From a virus (Duplodnaviria > Heunggongvirae > Uroviricota > Caudoviricetes), in the IMG/VR virus record IMGVR_UViG_2531839662_000041, positions 1-10,722 of that record: DNA of 10,722 bases. The stretch is one strand, 5' to 3'. Shown one piece after another: positions 1 through 7,950 of the stretch; positions within the stretch are counted from its first letter, which is position 1, and each line of letters begins with the position of its first letter. The notes below the pieces were generated by a model. It searched no databases, was not told where the DNA came from, and saw nothing but the letters and a program-made list of their open reading frames with translations. A program made the translations under genes and the position numbers.

Positions 1-1701
1 TTAAGGTGTGGGTTGTGCCTCTTTGGTTGAGGGTTGCGTCGTTGCTGACTTAACGGTCGGACGCGTCGCCGGAACATTGTCACACGGTTGCTCTTTCGGG
101 CAGATCAAATCCAGCATTTTCAGCGTCACGCCATTGGTCCAGCCAAAGCCATCCTGTAATGGATATTCGCCACCGCCGCCCCCCGTTCCGGTGGTGCTGA
201 CATCATATTTTTCCACCAGCTTTTTCTCCCGGTCATAGGTGTGCTGAACATTGGTCAGGAAGTGCCAGCTAATGTCCATCGCCACCTCTTTTTGCCCGTA
301 GTTTTGTAATCCTTCTGTCGCGACCCACTGTAACGGTGCCCAGCCATTTGGCGCATCCCATTGTTGCCCACTTTTCACCGACGTGGTGTTCAGGCCGCCG
401 GGTTGCAGCAGATGTGTTTTCGTCGCCGTCGCCATTTTGTTGGCGCGATCTTTCGCTGCCGCATTGACGTACAGCGGGAACAGGGCGGCCGCGGTTAACT
501 GATTGCGCACTTTATGACTTTTCAGGTCGTAATCGGCATACCAGCCTTGTTGATCGTTCCACAGGTATTTTTCGATCCCTTTTTGACGGGCATTTGCCAG
601 CGTTTCGTACTGGTTTGCCATCGCGTTATCTCCGGCAGCTTTGCTGGCGCGGGCGAGGATTTTTTCCATTTTAAACATCAGGCTGTTCAGATCGACCGGT
701 ACGATGCTGGTGGTGCGTAAGGTATTTAACTGCTGCGGGTTGTCCATCCAGCGCGAGCTGAAATCCCAGCCAGACGCAGCGGCAGAGCGCAGGTCGCGGT
801 AAATTTCAGTGGCAGGTCGATTCGGATTGCTTTTGGCGGTGGCAATATCTTCCACCCATGACTCTGGTCGTGGCGTATCGCGATCGTCCCAGTAGCGGTT
901 GAGAAGGGTACCATCCTGAAGTTTGACAACGCGTTTTTCCTGTTGTCCGGCTTGCAGGTTTTCAACACCGTCCATCCAGTAAGCATATTCTTTTTGCATT
1001 TGCGGCAGGTATTGCTTCAACGCGGCATCGCCTTCATGCTGCGCCAGTAACTCTACCATCAGGGCAAAGAAGGGCGGTTGCGAGCGGCTTAAATAGTAAC
1101 TGCGGTTGCCGTTGGGAATATGACCGTAAGTGTCTATTTCATGAGCAAAATTGGCCACCATATTCGCGACTTTATCCCAGTGACCGCTTTCGGCAAGTCC
1201 TAACATGGTGAAGTAACTGTCCCAGTAATATACCTCGCGAAAGCGTCCGCCCGGCACGACATAAGGTTCCGGCAGCGGTAACAGAGAATCCCATTTTTCG
1301 GTGTTTTCGGTAGAACGCGTTAATACCGGCCAAAGTCCGTCAATATGTTCGCGCAGTGACTGCCCCTCTGGCGGAACATATTTCTCGCCTTCTTTCGGCA
1401 GGGTGAAATTGACGTTAACGAAATGGCGCAGATCAAATCCGCTCTGGTTTTGCTGCATCCGATAATCAGCAAGGATCATCAGCGGATCGCTGTTCGGCAC
1501 GGCATCGGCAAAGGTTTTTTGGTCCGGAAAAAGTTTGGCGTTTTGCACATCATTAAACAGCGGCCCTAATAAAATATCAGGCGGCTGTGGTGTTACCGGT
1601 GTTTCTTCTGCCTGCACCGATAGCGCAGCGAAACACAAAAAGATACAGGCTGGAATTAACGCCATTTTTTGCGGGCGAGAAGGTGCGGGGGATTTCATCA
1701 A
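1..1701 (-). CDS. treA: Periplasmic trehalase TreA (complete, 566 aa; stop codon at window bases 1-3)
   Basis: The 566-aa translation begins [30 protein letters not shown], a typical Sec signal peptide, and continues with sequence I recognise as E. coli periplasmic trehalase (GH37), including the Gly-rich [21 protein letters not shown] segment near the C-terminus. Length matches the ~565-aa TreA I recall. Identity is from memory, not a search. Confidence 0.95.
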   Translation of the reverse strand: MMKSPAPSRPQKMALIPACIFLCFAALSVQAEETPVTPQPPDILLGPLFNDVQNAKLFPDQKTFADAVPNSDPLMILADYRMQQNQSGFDLRHFVNVNFTLPKEGEKYVPPEGQSLREHIDGLWPVLTRSTENTEKWDSLLPLPEPYVVPGGRFREVYYWDSYFTMLGLAESGHWDKVANMVANFAHEIDTYGHIPNGNRSYYLSRSQPPFFALMVELLAQHEGDAALKQYLPQMQKEYAYWMDGVENLQAGQQEKRVVKLQDGTLLNRYWDDRDTPRPESWVEDIATAKSNPNRPATEIYRDLRSAAASGWDFSSRWMDNPQQLNTLRTTSIVPVDLNSLMFKMEKILARASKAAGDNAMANQYETLANARQKGIEKYLWNDQQGWYADYDLKSHKVRNQLTAAALFPLYVNAAAKDRANKMATATKTHLLQPGGLNTTSVKSGQQWDAPNGWAPLQWVATEGLQNYGQKEVAMDISWHFLTNVQHTYDREKKLVEKYDVSTTGTGGGGGEYPLQDGFGWTNGVTLKMLDLICPKEQPCDNVPATRPTVKSATTQPSTKEAQPTP

Positions 1702-1831
1702 TCATTCTCCTTTGGCGAAACCGAATAAAACGGTATTCAAGTATCAGAAAACCTTAGTTCAGGATCGCACTAGCTGCATGATCGAAATCTCATTCTGCGA
1801 ACTGTCAGGCATTTTAGAAAAGGGAATGTAT

Positions 1832-1853
1832 TGATTCACTTGAAGTACGAAAA
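1832..1853 (+). other. MuA transposase end-binding site L1 (attL)
   Basis: TGATTCACTTGAAGTACGAAAA matches the 22-bp MuA end-site consensus TGNTTCAYTNNAARYRCGAAAA at every specified position, 5 bp in from the TG terminus. Confidence 0.85.
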
Positions 1854-1936
1854 AAACCGGGAGGACATTGGATTATTCGGGATTTGGCGGGATTAGATTT
1901 TGTGGGGCTTGCAAGCCTGTAGGACAGATTTTAGCC

Positions 1937-1958
1937 GTTACATCTTGAAACGCGAAAG
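1937..1958 (+). other. Degenerate MuA end-binding site (L2-like; right half matches consensus)
   Basis: The right half CTTGAAACGCGAAAG fits YTNNAARYRCGAAA(A/G); the left half is diverged. Its position relative to L1 corresponds to where I recall Mu L2. Confidence 0.45.
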
Positions 1959-1976
1959 ATTGTTGGAAACAGCTTT

Positions 1977-1998
1977 TGATTCATTAAAGACACGAAAA
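1977..1998 (+). other. MuA transposase end-binding site (L3-like)
   Basis: TGATTCATTAAAGACACGAAAA matches the 22-bp consensus with one mismatch. Confidence 0.7.
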
Positions 1999-2165
1999 GC
2001 AATTACTTCACGCATCATTTCAAGTACAGCTTCAAAAATGCTTCAAAAACGGTAACAACCAGGCTTTCAGCAAGTGATGTGTGTCAAAAATAATCATCAC
2101 TGTTTGGGTATCTTACATATGTAATTACCTGGAGTGAAGTTTATGTCTTAGCTATTACCTGGTTG

Positions 2166-2690
2166 TTATACAGCTTTCTTTACATCGTTTTCTCTTACAG
2201 GGAAATTATGTTCTTTGCCTTCATACTGAGACAAAATCTCTCTCACTTTTTCCGGTGGTAATGCCTGAAGAGTTTGCAGGGTTTTCTGTTGCTCCACAGT
2301 AATCCCTAATGCCTCTAATGCCTTATCTTTACTGACAATTGTAGGCATAAGTCCTTTAATCCCTGCTACACGAATGATCTCCACAGCTGCGGCCTGCTCA
2401 TCTGGTGTTAAGAAGCTCATTGCATAAATTAGCCTCTCATCAACTGTATGGGCGATTGATGTATGCACTGGTTTATCAGAAAGTGAGGCTCCTTTAATGG
2501 CCCTGCGTGTTTCTTCTGGCAGACTGTTGATGTGATACTCATAAGCGACACCTTTCCCACCGTGACGCTGACGTTTTACCCAATCTTCCGCCACAGCTTT
2601 CCTGGTAATGTTAGTCGCCAACTTTGGTACACCAGGCATCCCTTCCAGCTCTTTCGCATTAAACCATTCTTTGATTTCAAAAGACATCAT
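2166..2690 (-). CDS. c: Mu/D108-type prophage repressor c (174 aa)
   Basis: Divergent from ner and immediately right of attL, as in Mu. The C-terminal region (LPPEKVREILSQYEG ... VKKAV) resembles the Mu repressor C-terminus as I recall it (LPEEKRKEILSKYG ... VKKAV). The N-terminus ([25 protein letters not shown]) is paralogous to the N-terminus of the transposase in this window. ATG start with an AGGA Shine-Dalgarno 6 nt upstream on the minus strand. Confidence 0.85.
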   Translation of the reverse strand: MMSFEIKEWFNAKELEGMPGVPKLATNITRKAVAEDWVKRQRHGGKGVAYEYHINSLPEETRRAIKGASLSDKPVHTSIAHTVDERLIYAMSFLTPDEQAAAVEIIRVAGIKGLMPTIVSKDKALEALGITVEQQKTLQTLQALPPEKVREILSQYEGKEHNFPVRENDVKKAV

Positions 2691-2875
2691 TTAAAATCCT
2701 AGTGATTTCAATAGAGACAAAATAAATTCATATAAAAATCATGCCGTTATATAAAATCATGGCAAATCATTTCAAATCACTATTGATTTGGAAGTGATTC
2801 CACACTACATTGCACGATATGCCGTGAGCTACTTTATAGCGTAGCTCACGGGGGAATCTGAAAGGATTACATGAA
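2691..2875. promoter_or_regulatory. Divergent c/ner intergenic region: presumed operator sites (O1-O3 / transpositional enhancer) and the Pe and Pc promoters
   Basis: A 185-bp AT-rich spacer between divergent repressor and ner genes. It contains tandem imperfect direct repeats (CATATAAAAATCATGCC at 2728-2745; TTATATAAAATCATGGC at 2747-2763) and several copies of a GTGATTT/AAATCAC core in both orientations (2702-2708, 2774-2780, 2783-2789, 2794-2800). In Mu this region carries the operators, IHF site and early/repressor promoters. Exact site boundaries are not determinable by eye. Confidence 0.6.
2822..2851. repeat. Perfect 11-bp inverted repeat (CCGTGAGCTAC / GTAGCTCACGG) with 8-bp spacer, 25 bp upstream of the ner start codon
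   Basis: Read directly from the sequence: the arms at 2822-2832 and 2841-2851 are exact reverse complements. Confidence 0.9.
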
Positions 2876-3097
2876 ATGCATATGAATAAAAGAACTAACC
2901 GCCAAGATTGGCACAGAGCTGACATCGTTGCAGAGCTACGAAAACGCAATATGTCACTAGCTGAATTGGGAAGATCTAATCATCTTTCGTCTTCAACATT
3001 AAAAAATGCTTTGGATAAGAGATATCCGAAAGCGGAGAAAATCATTGCAGATGCACTGGGAATGACACCGCAAGATATTTGGCCGTCTCGATACTAG
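2876..3097 (+). CDS. ner: Ner-like DNA-binding protein (negative regulator of early transcription; Nlp/SfsB family), 73 aa
   Basis: The translation ([23 protein letters not shown] ... [19 protein letters not shown]) closely parallels Mu Ner as I recall it (DWHRADVIAGLKKRKLSLSALSR ... IWPSRY). AGGA lies 9 nt upstream of the ATG at 2876. Position is immediately upstream of A, as in Mu. Confidence 0.88.
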
Positions 3098-3104
3098 GTG
3101 CGCT

Positions 3105-5093
3105 ATGAAAGAATGGTATACAGCAAAAGAGTTGCTCGGTTTGGCAGGTTTACCAAAGCAAGCCACTAACATTACACGTAAGGCACAAAGAGAAGGCTGG
3201 GAGTTCAGGCAGGTTGCAGGGACTAAAGGTGTATCATTTGAATTCAATATCAAATCATTCCCTGTCGCATTACGTGCTGAAATTCTGTTGCAACAAGGGA
3301 GAATTGAAACCAGTCAGGGGTATTTTGAAATCGCCCGCCCCACGCTGGAAGCCCATGATTATGATCGTGAGGCACTGTGGAGCAAATGGGATAACGCCAG
3401 CGATTCCCAGCGCAGACTTGCTGAAAAATGGTTGCCTGCGGTTCAGGCTGCAGACGAAATGCTGAACCAGGGGATTTCAACGAAAACGGCATTTGCGACC
3501 GTTGCAGGACATTACCAGGTCAGCGCATCCACTTTGCGAGACAAATATTACCAGGTACAGAAGTTTGCGAAGCCTGACTGGGCGGCTGCGCTTGTTGATG
3601 GACGTGGTGCATCCCGTCGCAACGTTCACAAAAGTGAATTTGACGAGGATGCCTGGCAGTTTCTGATTGCAGATTATCTGCGACCAGAAAAACCCGCCTT
3701 TCGCAAATGTTATGAGCGTCTGGAACTGGCAGCCCGCGAGCATGGCTGGAGTATTCCCTCCCGTGCCACGGCCTTTCGCCGGATTCAGCAACTGGACGAG
3801 GCAATGGTTGTTGCCTGCCGTGAAGGTGAACATGCACTGATGCATCTGATACCGGCACAGCAGCGAACTGTGGAACACCTGGACGCCATGCAGTGGATCA
3901 ACGGCGACGGTTATCTGCATAACGTCTTTGTACGCTGGTTTAACGGTGATGTGATCCGCCCGAAAACATGGTTCTGGCAGGATGTGAAAACCCGAAAAAT
4001 TCTGGGCTGGCGCTGCGATGTGAGCGAGAACATTGATTCAATTCGCCTCTCGTTCATGGATGTGGTGACACGCTACGGCATCCCGGAAGATTTTCACATC
4101 ACCATTGATAACACCCGTGGGGCAGCGAATAAATGGCTGACGGGGGGCGCGCCCAATCGTTACCGCTTTAAGGTGAAAGAGGACGATCCAAAGGGACTGT
4201 TTTTACTGATGGGCGCGAAAATGCACTGGACAAGCGTTGTTGCCGGTAAAGGCTGGGGCCAGGCAAAACCTGTTGAACGTGCTTTCGGTGTTGGTGGGCT
4301 TGAGGAATACGTTGATAAGCATCCGGCACTGGCTGGCGCATATACGGGGCCAAATCCGCAGGCAAAACCTGATAACTATGGCGACCGTGCTGTTGATGCA
4401 GAGCTGTTTCTGAAAACCCTTGCTGAAGGTGTGGCGATGTTCAATGCCAGAACAGGCCGTGAAACAGAAATGTGCGGGGGCAAACTCTCGTTTGATGATG
4501 TTTTCGAGCGTGAATACGCCAGAACGATTGTGCGTAAGCCAACCGAAGAACAAAAACGGATGCTGTTACTGCCTGCCGAAGCGGTGAACGTTTCACGCAA
4601 AGGCGAGTTTACGCTTAAAGTTGGCGGCTCCCTTAAAGGCGCGAAAAACGTTTATTACAACATGGCGTTAATGAATGCAGGCGTGAAAAAAGTTGTGGTC
4701 AGGTTTGATCCGCAGCAGCTACACAGCACAGTTTATTGCTACACCCTGGACGGTCGGTTTATCTGTGAAGCGGAATGTCTGGCACCTGTTGCATTTAATG
4801 ATGCTGCGGCAGGCCGTGAATATCGCCGCCGCCAGAAACAACTGAAATCTGCAACTAAAGCAGCCATTAAGGCGCAGAAACAAATGGACGCGCTGGAAGT
4901 TGCTGAACTGCTGCCGCAGATAGCCGAACCAGCAGCACCAGAATCAAGGGTTGTTGGTATTTTCCGGCCTGTGGGTAACACAGTACGGGTTAAATATCGC
5001 ACCCCCGATGATAAATACGAACCCGCTCGTGATGAATATCTGAATCAGTCACTGGATATTCTGGAACAGAAAAGACGTAAAAAAGCCATTTAA
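3105..5093 (+). CDS. A: Mu-type DDE transposase A (662 aa)
   Basis: Length is close to MuA (663 aa as I recall). The catalytic DDE triad is visible in conserved context: D268 in [15 protein letters not shown] (codon at 3906-3908), D335 in [14 protein letters not shown] (4107-4109), and E391 in AKPVERAF (4275-4277), matching MuA D269/D336/E392 spacing. The N-terminal winged-helix region is paralogous to the repressor N-terminus. Confidence 0.95.
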
Positions 5094-5131
5094 TTAACGT
5101 TTAAACAAAATTTAATTACGAGGTTATTCAG

Positions 5132-6091
5132 ATGAATATTTCCGATATTCGCGCAGGACTGCGCACGCTTGTAGAAAATGGAGAAACCACGCTGACACGC
5201 ATCGCCAGTGAATCAGGCGTGGCCCTGAGCACAGTCAGTGGTTTTGTGAATGATAAATATAACGGCAACATGGAATCAGTCGGGCGCACACTGGAACGCT
5301 GGCTGGAAAACTATCACCGCGCAGAAGAACTGCCGGAACCCCCGCGTTTTGTGGAAACTGCAACAGCCCGTCAAATCTGGACAAGTATGCGTTTTGCTAA
5401 TCTGACCGGAACCATTGCTGTTATCTGCGGTAATCCAGGAGTGGGTAAAAGCGAAGCAGCCCGTGAATTTTGTCGCACTAATAATAATGTCTGGATGATC
5501 ACCATTGCGCCATCCCGTGCCAGTACGCTGGAATGTCTGACTGAACTTGCCGAAGAGTTGGGAATGAATAATGCACCATGTCGCAAAGGACCGCTTTCCC
5601 GTAACCTGCGTCGCCGCCTGAAAGGAACGCAGGGACTGGTCATTGTTGACGAAGCTGATCACCTTGACACCGAAGCGCTGGAAGAGCTCCGTCTGTTACA
5701 GGAGTCCGCCTGTATTGGTCTTGTTCTGATGGGGAATCACCGTGTTTATTCAAATATGACCGCTAATGGCGACAGAACAATTGAGTTTGCCCGTCTGTTT
5801 TCCCGTATTGCAAAGCGCACAGCAATTAATAAAACCAAAGAAGACGATGTAAACGCAATTGCGGATGCCTGGCAGATTACCGGGAAAAATGAACGGGAAT
5901 TATTACAGCAGATTGCACAAACGCCTGGTGCGCTCCGCATTATGAATCAAACGCTGCGCCTTGCTGTTATGAATGCCTTCGGTAAAGGCGAACGTGTTAA
6001 TGAGGATTATCTGCGTGAGGCTTACAAAGAGTTAGACCAGGACGTTGATGTTTCGATGCTGCTGGGTGTGCAAGGGGATGCTGAATCATGA
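5132..6091 (+). CDS. B: Mu B-type AAA+ ATPase (target DNA activator for transposition), 319 aa
   Basis: N-terminus [16 protein letters not shown] and most of the protein closely match MuB as I recall it. Walker A GNPGVGKS and Walker [11 protein letters not shown] are present. GAGG Shine-Dalgarno 8 nt upstream of the ATG. Confidence 0.95.
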   Translation: MNISDIRAGLRTLVENGETTLTRIASESGVALSTVSGFVNDKYNGNMESVGRTLERWLENYHRAEELPEPPRFVETATARQIWTSMRFANLTGTIAVICGNPGVGKSEAAREFCRTNNNVWMITIAPSRASTLECLTELAEELGMNNAPCRKGPLSRNLRRRLKGTQGLVIVDEADHLDTEALEELRLLQESACIGLVLMGNHRVYSNMTANGDRTIEFARLFSRIAKRTAINKTKEDDVNAIADAWQITGKNERELLQQIAQTPGALRIMNQTLRLAVMNAFGKGERVNEDYLREAYKELDQDVDVSMLLGVQGDAES

Positions 6092-6315
6092 TGTCACGGA
6101 ATATCAAAATGGCGACGGAAGTAAAGACCTGGTTACAGGAGCGCGGCAGCCACGTCAACGAATCCTGGCTGGGCGTGGCCCGCCCGGTGCTTGAAATTAC
6201 CTGCCCGCCACCGGAGCTGGTCAGAAACGCTGTCAGGATTATGGAGCATAAATCAGGGGTTGCCCGTTCCGTATGGACGGCCCGCCTTAATGGTTGCCAG
6301 ATTATCTGGCGTTAA
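6088..6315 (+). CDS. kil: Small early protein in the kil position (75 aa); putative Kil-like host-killing / cell-division inhibitor
   Basis: The start codon overlaps the B stop (ATGA at 6088-6091), which suggests translational coupling. The size (75 aa) and position immediately after B match Mu kil (~74 aa as I recall). I cannot confirm sequence identity from memory, so this call is positional. Confidence 0.5.
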   Translation: MMSRNIKMATEVKTWLQERGSHVNESWLGVARPVLEITCPPPELVRNAVRIMEHKSGVARSVWTARLNGCQIIWR

Positions 6316-6347
6316 TAACGGCTTATTTATTTGTGAGGAATAACAAA

Positions 6348-6617
6348 ATGGCAAAAGTAATCTTTGAATTTAACAATACAAGAAATATTGAGTTTCAGGA
6401 AAATGGAGGTTTTGCCGTAAATATGAATGTGCGACTGGAAGAATCCTCACCTGAGGACCAGACCGGGCCACATGATGTAATGGCAGGCATCATCAAGAGC
6501 ATGGCTCCTGAAATCATTAAAAAAGCGACCGAGGATTTGTTGAAATCAGCCAGGGAGCTTGGGCTGGAAGCCGAAGGCGAGTTATTCCGGTATAACCCGG
6601 ATGCAGCTAAATATTAA
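6348..6617 (+). CDS. Hypothetical early-region protein (89 aa)
   Basis: The ORF-track entry 6294..6617 starts on TTG. The more plausible start is the ATG at 6348 (MAKVIFEF...), preceded by GAGGAA 9 nt upstream. No recognisable motif. Confidence 0.5.
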   Translation: MAKVIFEFNNTRNIEFQENGGFAVNMNVRLEESSPEDQTGPHDVMAGIIKSMAPEIIKKATEDLLKSARELGLEAEGELFRYNPDAAKY

Positions 6618-6637
6618 TTCGCAAAGGAACGCTGACA

Positions 6638-7057
6638 ATGAAAGCCAAAATCAGAAACGAAATTCAGGCATTAATTCGGATTAAAGAGCGTAATAGCAAT
6701 GGTGGAGACTTGCGCGAATTTATTTGCGCGCGCGAAGTTGAGGGATATGGCGAAAAGACTTACCTGATTGCATTCGACCATTACAGCATTTGTGCGCGTT
6801 ATTGCGGGGAGGCGGTATTCCGCGCCATTACGTTTGGCAATGCCTTCAATGTGGATTTATGGGAATACGTCATGGACCGTGAATACATCAGCGCGTCAGA
6901 CCCGGACGCACGGGAGCAGTGGCAGAACATCTGGCGCGATTACCGGCAAATGGCGAAAGGCTGGACGCAGGGGACGTATTCTTCCCTTGCCCTGAAAGCG
7001 GTTCAGTTATCGCTGCGGCATGTTCCGTCAGTACGGTTTGAACTTGCGGTGCACTGA
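6638..7057 (+). CDS. Hypothetical early-region protein (139 aa), Cys/His-containing
   Basis: ATG start with GGAA 8 nt upstream. It sits in the same-strand operon-like run between B and gam. Contains a C-x-...-HYSICARYCGE cluster that might bind a metal. Function unknown. Confidence 0.55.
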   Translation: MKAKIRNEIQALIRIKERNSNGGDLREFICAREVEGYGEKTYLIAFDHYSICARYCGEAVFRAITFGNAFNVDLWEYVMDREYISASDPDAREQWQNIWRDYRQMAKGWTQGTYSSLALKAVQLSLRHVPSVRFELAVH

Positions 7058-7074
7058 TACAGGAGGGCGACATC

Positions 7075-7363
7075 ATGATACCCCCTCGTAAAAGATGGTC
7101 ACGTGAAGACCGGGAATTTATCGAAGCCAGTGTCGGGAAAATGACTGTTGAAGAAATGGCGAAAAAAACTGAACGTTGCCCCAACCGCCCTACAGGCACA
7201 TGCCAGAAGACACGGAATATCGTTGTGTGCATACCGGGTCAGTGAGCACGACAAATATTTGTGTCGTGAACTTTATAAAGAAGGGCTGGATATTCATGTC
7301 ATTACCCAAAAGATGGAATTAAGCAATCGTGCTGTATCCAGCATTGTATACAGCGAATATTAA
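7075..7363 (+). pseudogene. Frameshifted (or slippage-dependent) helix-turn-helix early gene: frame 1 (7075-7248) and frame 2 (to 7363) join at an A7 tract (7162-7168)
   Basis: A strong AGGAGG Shine-Dalgarno 8 nt upstream of the ATG at 7075 opens a reading frame giving MIPPRKRWSREDREFIEASVGKMTVEEMAKK, after which the translation becomes unprotein-like (TERCPNRPTGTCQKTRNIVVCIPGQ) and stops at 7248. The +1 frame from the A7 run gives LNVAPTALQAHARRHGISLCAYRVSEHDKYLCRELYKEGLDIHVITQKMELSNRAVSSIVYSEY. Joined, ...TVEEMAKKLNVAPTALQAHARRHGISL forms a textbook helix-turn-helix. Removing one A from the A7 run restores a single ~95-aa ORF. Confidence 0.6.
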
Positions 7364-7383
7364 TTAACAGGAGCTTTATTTAT

Positions 7384-7908
7384 ATGGCTAAACCAGCAAA
7401 ACGAATCAAGAATGCCGCAGCGGCTTATGTTCCACAGTCCCGCGATGCCGTGGTATGTGATATCCGCCGGATTGGTGACCTGCAACGCGAAGCGGCACGA
7501 CTTGAAACGGAAATGAATGACGCTATCGCTGAAATTACAGAGAAATACGCCTCACAGATTGCGCCGCTAAAAACCAGTATCGAAACCCTTTCAAAAGGCG
7601 TTCAGGGATGGTGTGAAGCGAACCGTGACGAACTGACGAACGGCGGCAAGGTGAAGACGGCGAACCTGGTAACCGGCGATGTGTCATGGCGTCAGCGCCC
7701 ACCATCGGTAAGTATTCGCGGTGTGGATGCGGTGATGGAAACACTGGAGCGTCTTGGCCTGCAACGCTTTATTCGCACGAAACAGGAAATCAACAAGGAA
7801 GCGATTTTACTGGAACCGAAAGCGGTCGCAGGTGTTGCCGGAATTACAGTTAAATCAGGCATTGAAGATTTTTCTATTATTCCGTTTGAACAGGAAGCCG
7901 GTATTTAA
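7384..7908 (+). CDS. gam: Gam, host-nuclease inhibitor / DNA-end-binding protein (Ku-like), 174 aa
   Basis: The translation MAKPAKRIKNAAAAYVPQSRDAV ... LETEMNDAIAEITEKYA ... GWCEANRDELTNGGKVKTANLVTGDVSWR ... FSIIPFEQEAGI is near-identical to Mu Gam as I recall it, and the same length (174 aa). AGGAG Shine-Dalgarno upstream. Confidence 0.93.
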   Translation: MAKPAKRIKNAAAAYVPQSRDAVVCDIRRIGDLQREAARLETEMNDAIAEITEKYASQIAPLKTSIETLSKGVQGWCEANRDELTNGGKVKTANLVTGDVSWRQRPPSVSIRGVDAVMETLERLGLQRFIRTKQEINKEAILLEPKAVAGVAGITVKSGIEDFSIIPFEQEAGI

Positions 7909-7950
7909 TATCACCATTAATATTTAATTAGTTCACTTTCTTTTAATTAT

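Noticed and set aside
8-1834. Plus-strand ORFs 8..238, 514..720 and 1535..1834, and minus-strand ORF 726..986, inside or overlapping treA
   Set aside because: All lie within or across the well-supported treA coding sequence in other frames or on the opposite strand. 1535..1834 also spans the treA start and the host-prophage junction. They are typical shadow ORFs with no ribosome-binding site or recognisable product.
2124-2161. Direct repeat ATTACCTGG (2124-2132 and 2153-2161) and inverted repeat GTGATG...CATCAC (about 2075-2101) between attL and the c stop codon
   Set aside because: They are short enough to arise by chance, there is no T-tract to make a terminator, and I could not connect them to any known Mu attL function.
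2767-3253. Minus-strand ORFs 2767..2949 and 2999..3253 across the operator region, ner and the start of A
   Set aside because: They overlap the confidently assigned ner and A genes on the opposite strand and give low-complexity, Cys-rich translations. The one crossing the operator region would run through the promoter/operator repeats.
3214-5662. ORFs nested in A and B (3214..3465 +, 3250..3492 -, 3477..3920 -, 3520..3858 -, 4168..4365 -, 4203..4553 -, 4376..4600 -, 4739..5002 -, 5276..5662 -, 5371..5643 -, 5746..5940 -)
   Set aside because: All are embedded in the transposase A or B coding sequences, whose identity is strongly supported (DDE triad, Walker motifs, Mu similarity). The nested ORFs have no independent support.
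6294-6617. ORF-track start at 6294 (TTG) for the 107-aa version of the small early ORF
   Set aside because: That start is a TTG inside the end of the upstream gene with no ribosome-binding site. The ATG at 6348 with an upstream GAGGAA gives a more credible 89-aa product.
6768-7232. ORFs 6768..6995 (+) and 6888..7232 (-) overlapping the 139-aa early ORF and the frameshift region
   Set aside because: Arg/Ser/Gly-rich low-complexity translations in alternative frames of better-supported genes, with no start signals.
7148-7363. ORF 7148..7363 as an independent 71-aa gene
   Set aside because: It begins at a TTG with no ribosome-binding site, and its N-terminal residues only make sense as the continuation of the frame-1 ORF that starts at 7075 with a strong AGGAGG. 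It is better explained as the downstream half of a frameshifted gene.
7535-7744. Minus-strand ORF 7535..7744 inside gam
   Set aside because: Antisense to the confidently identified gam gene.
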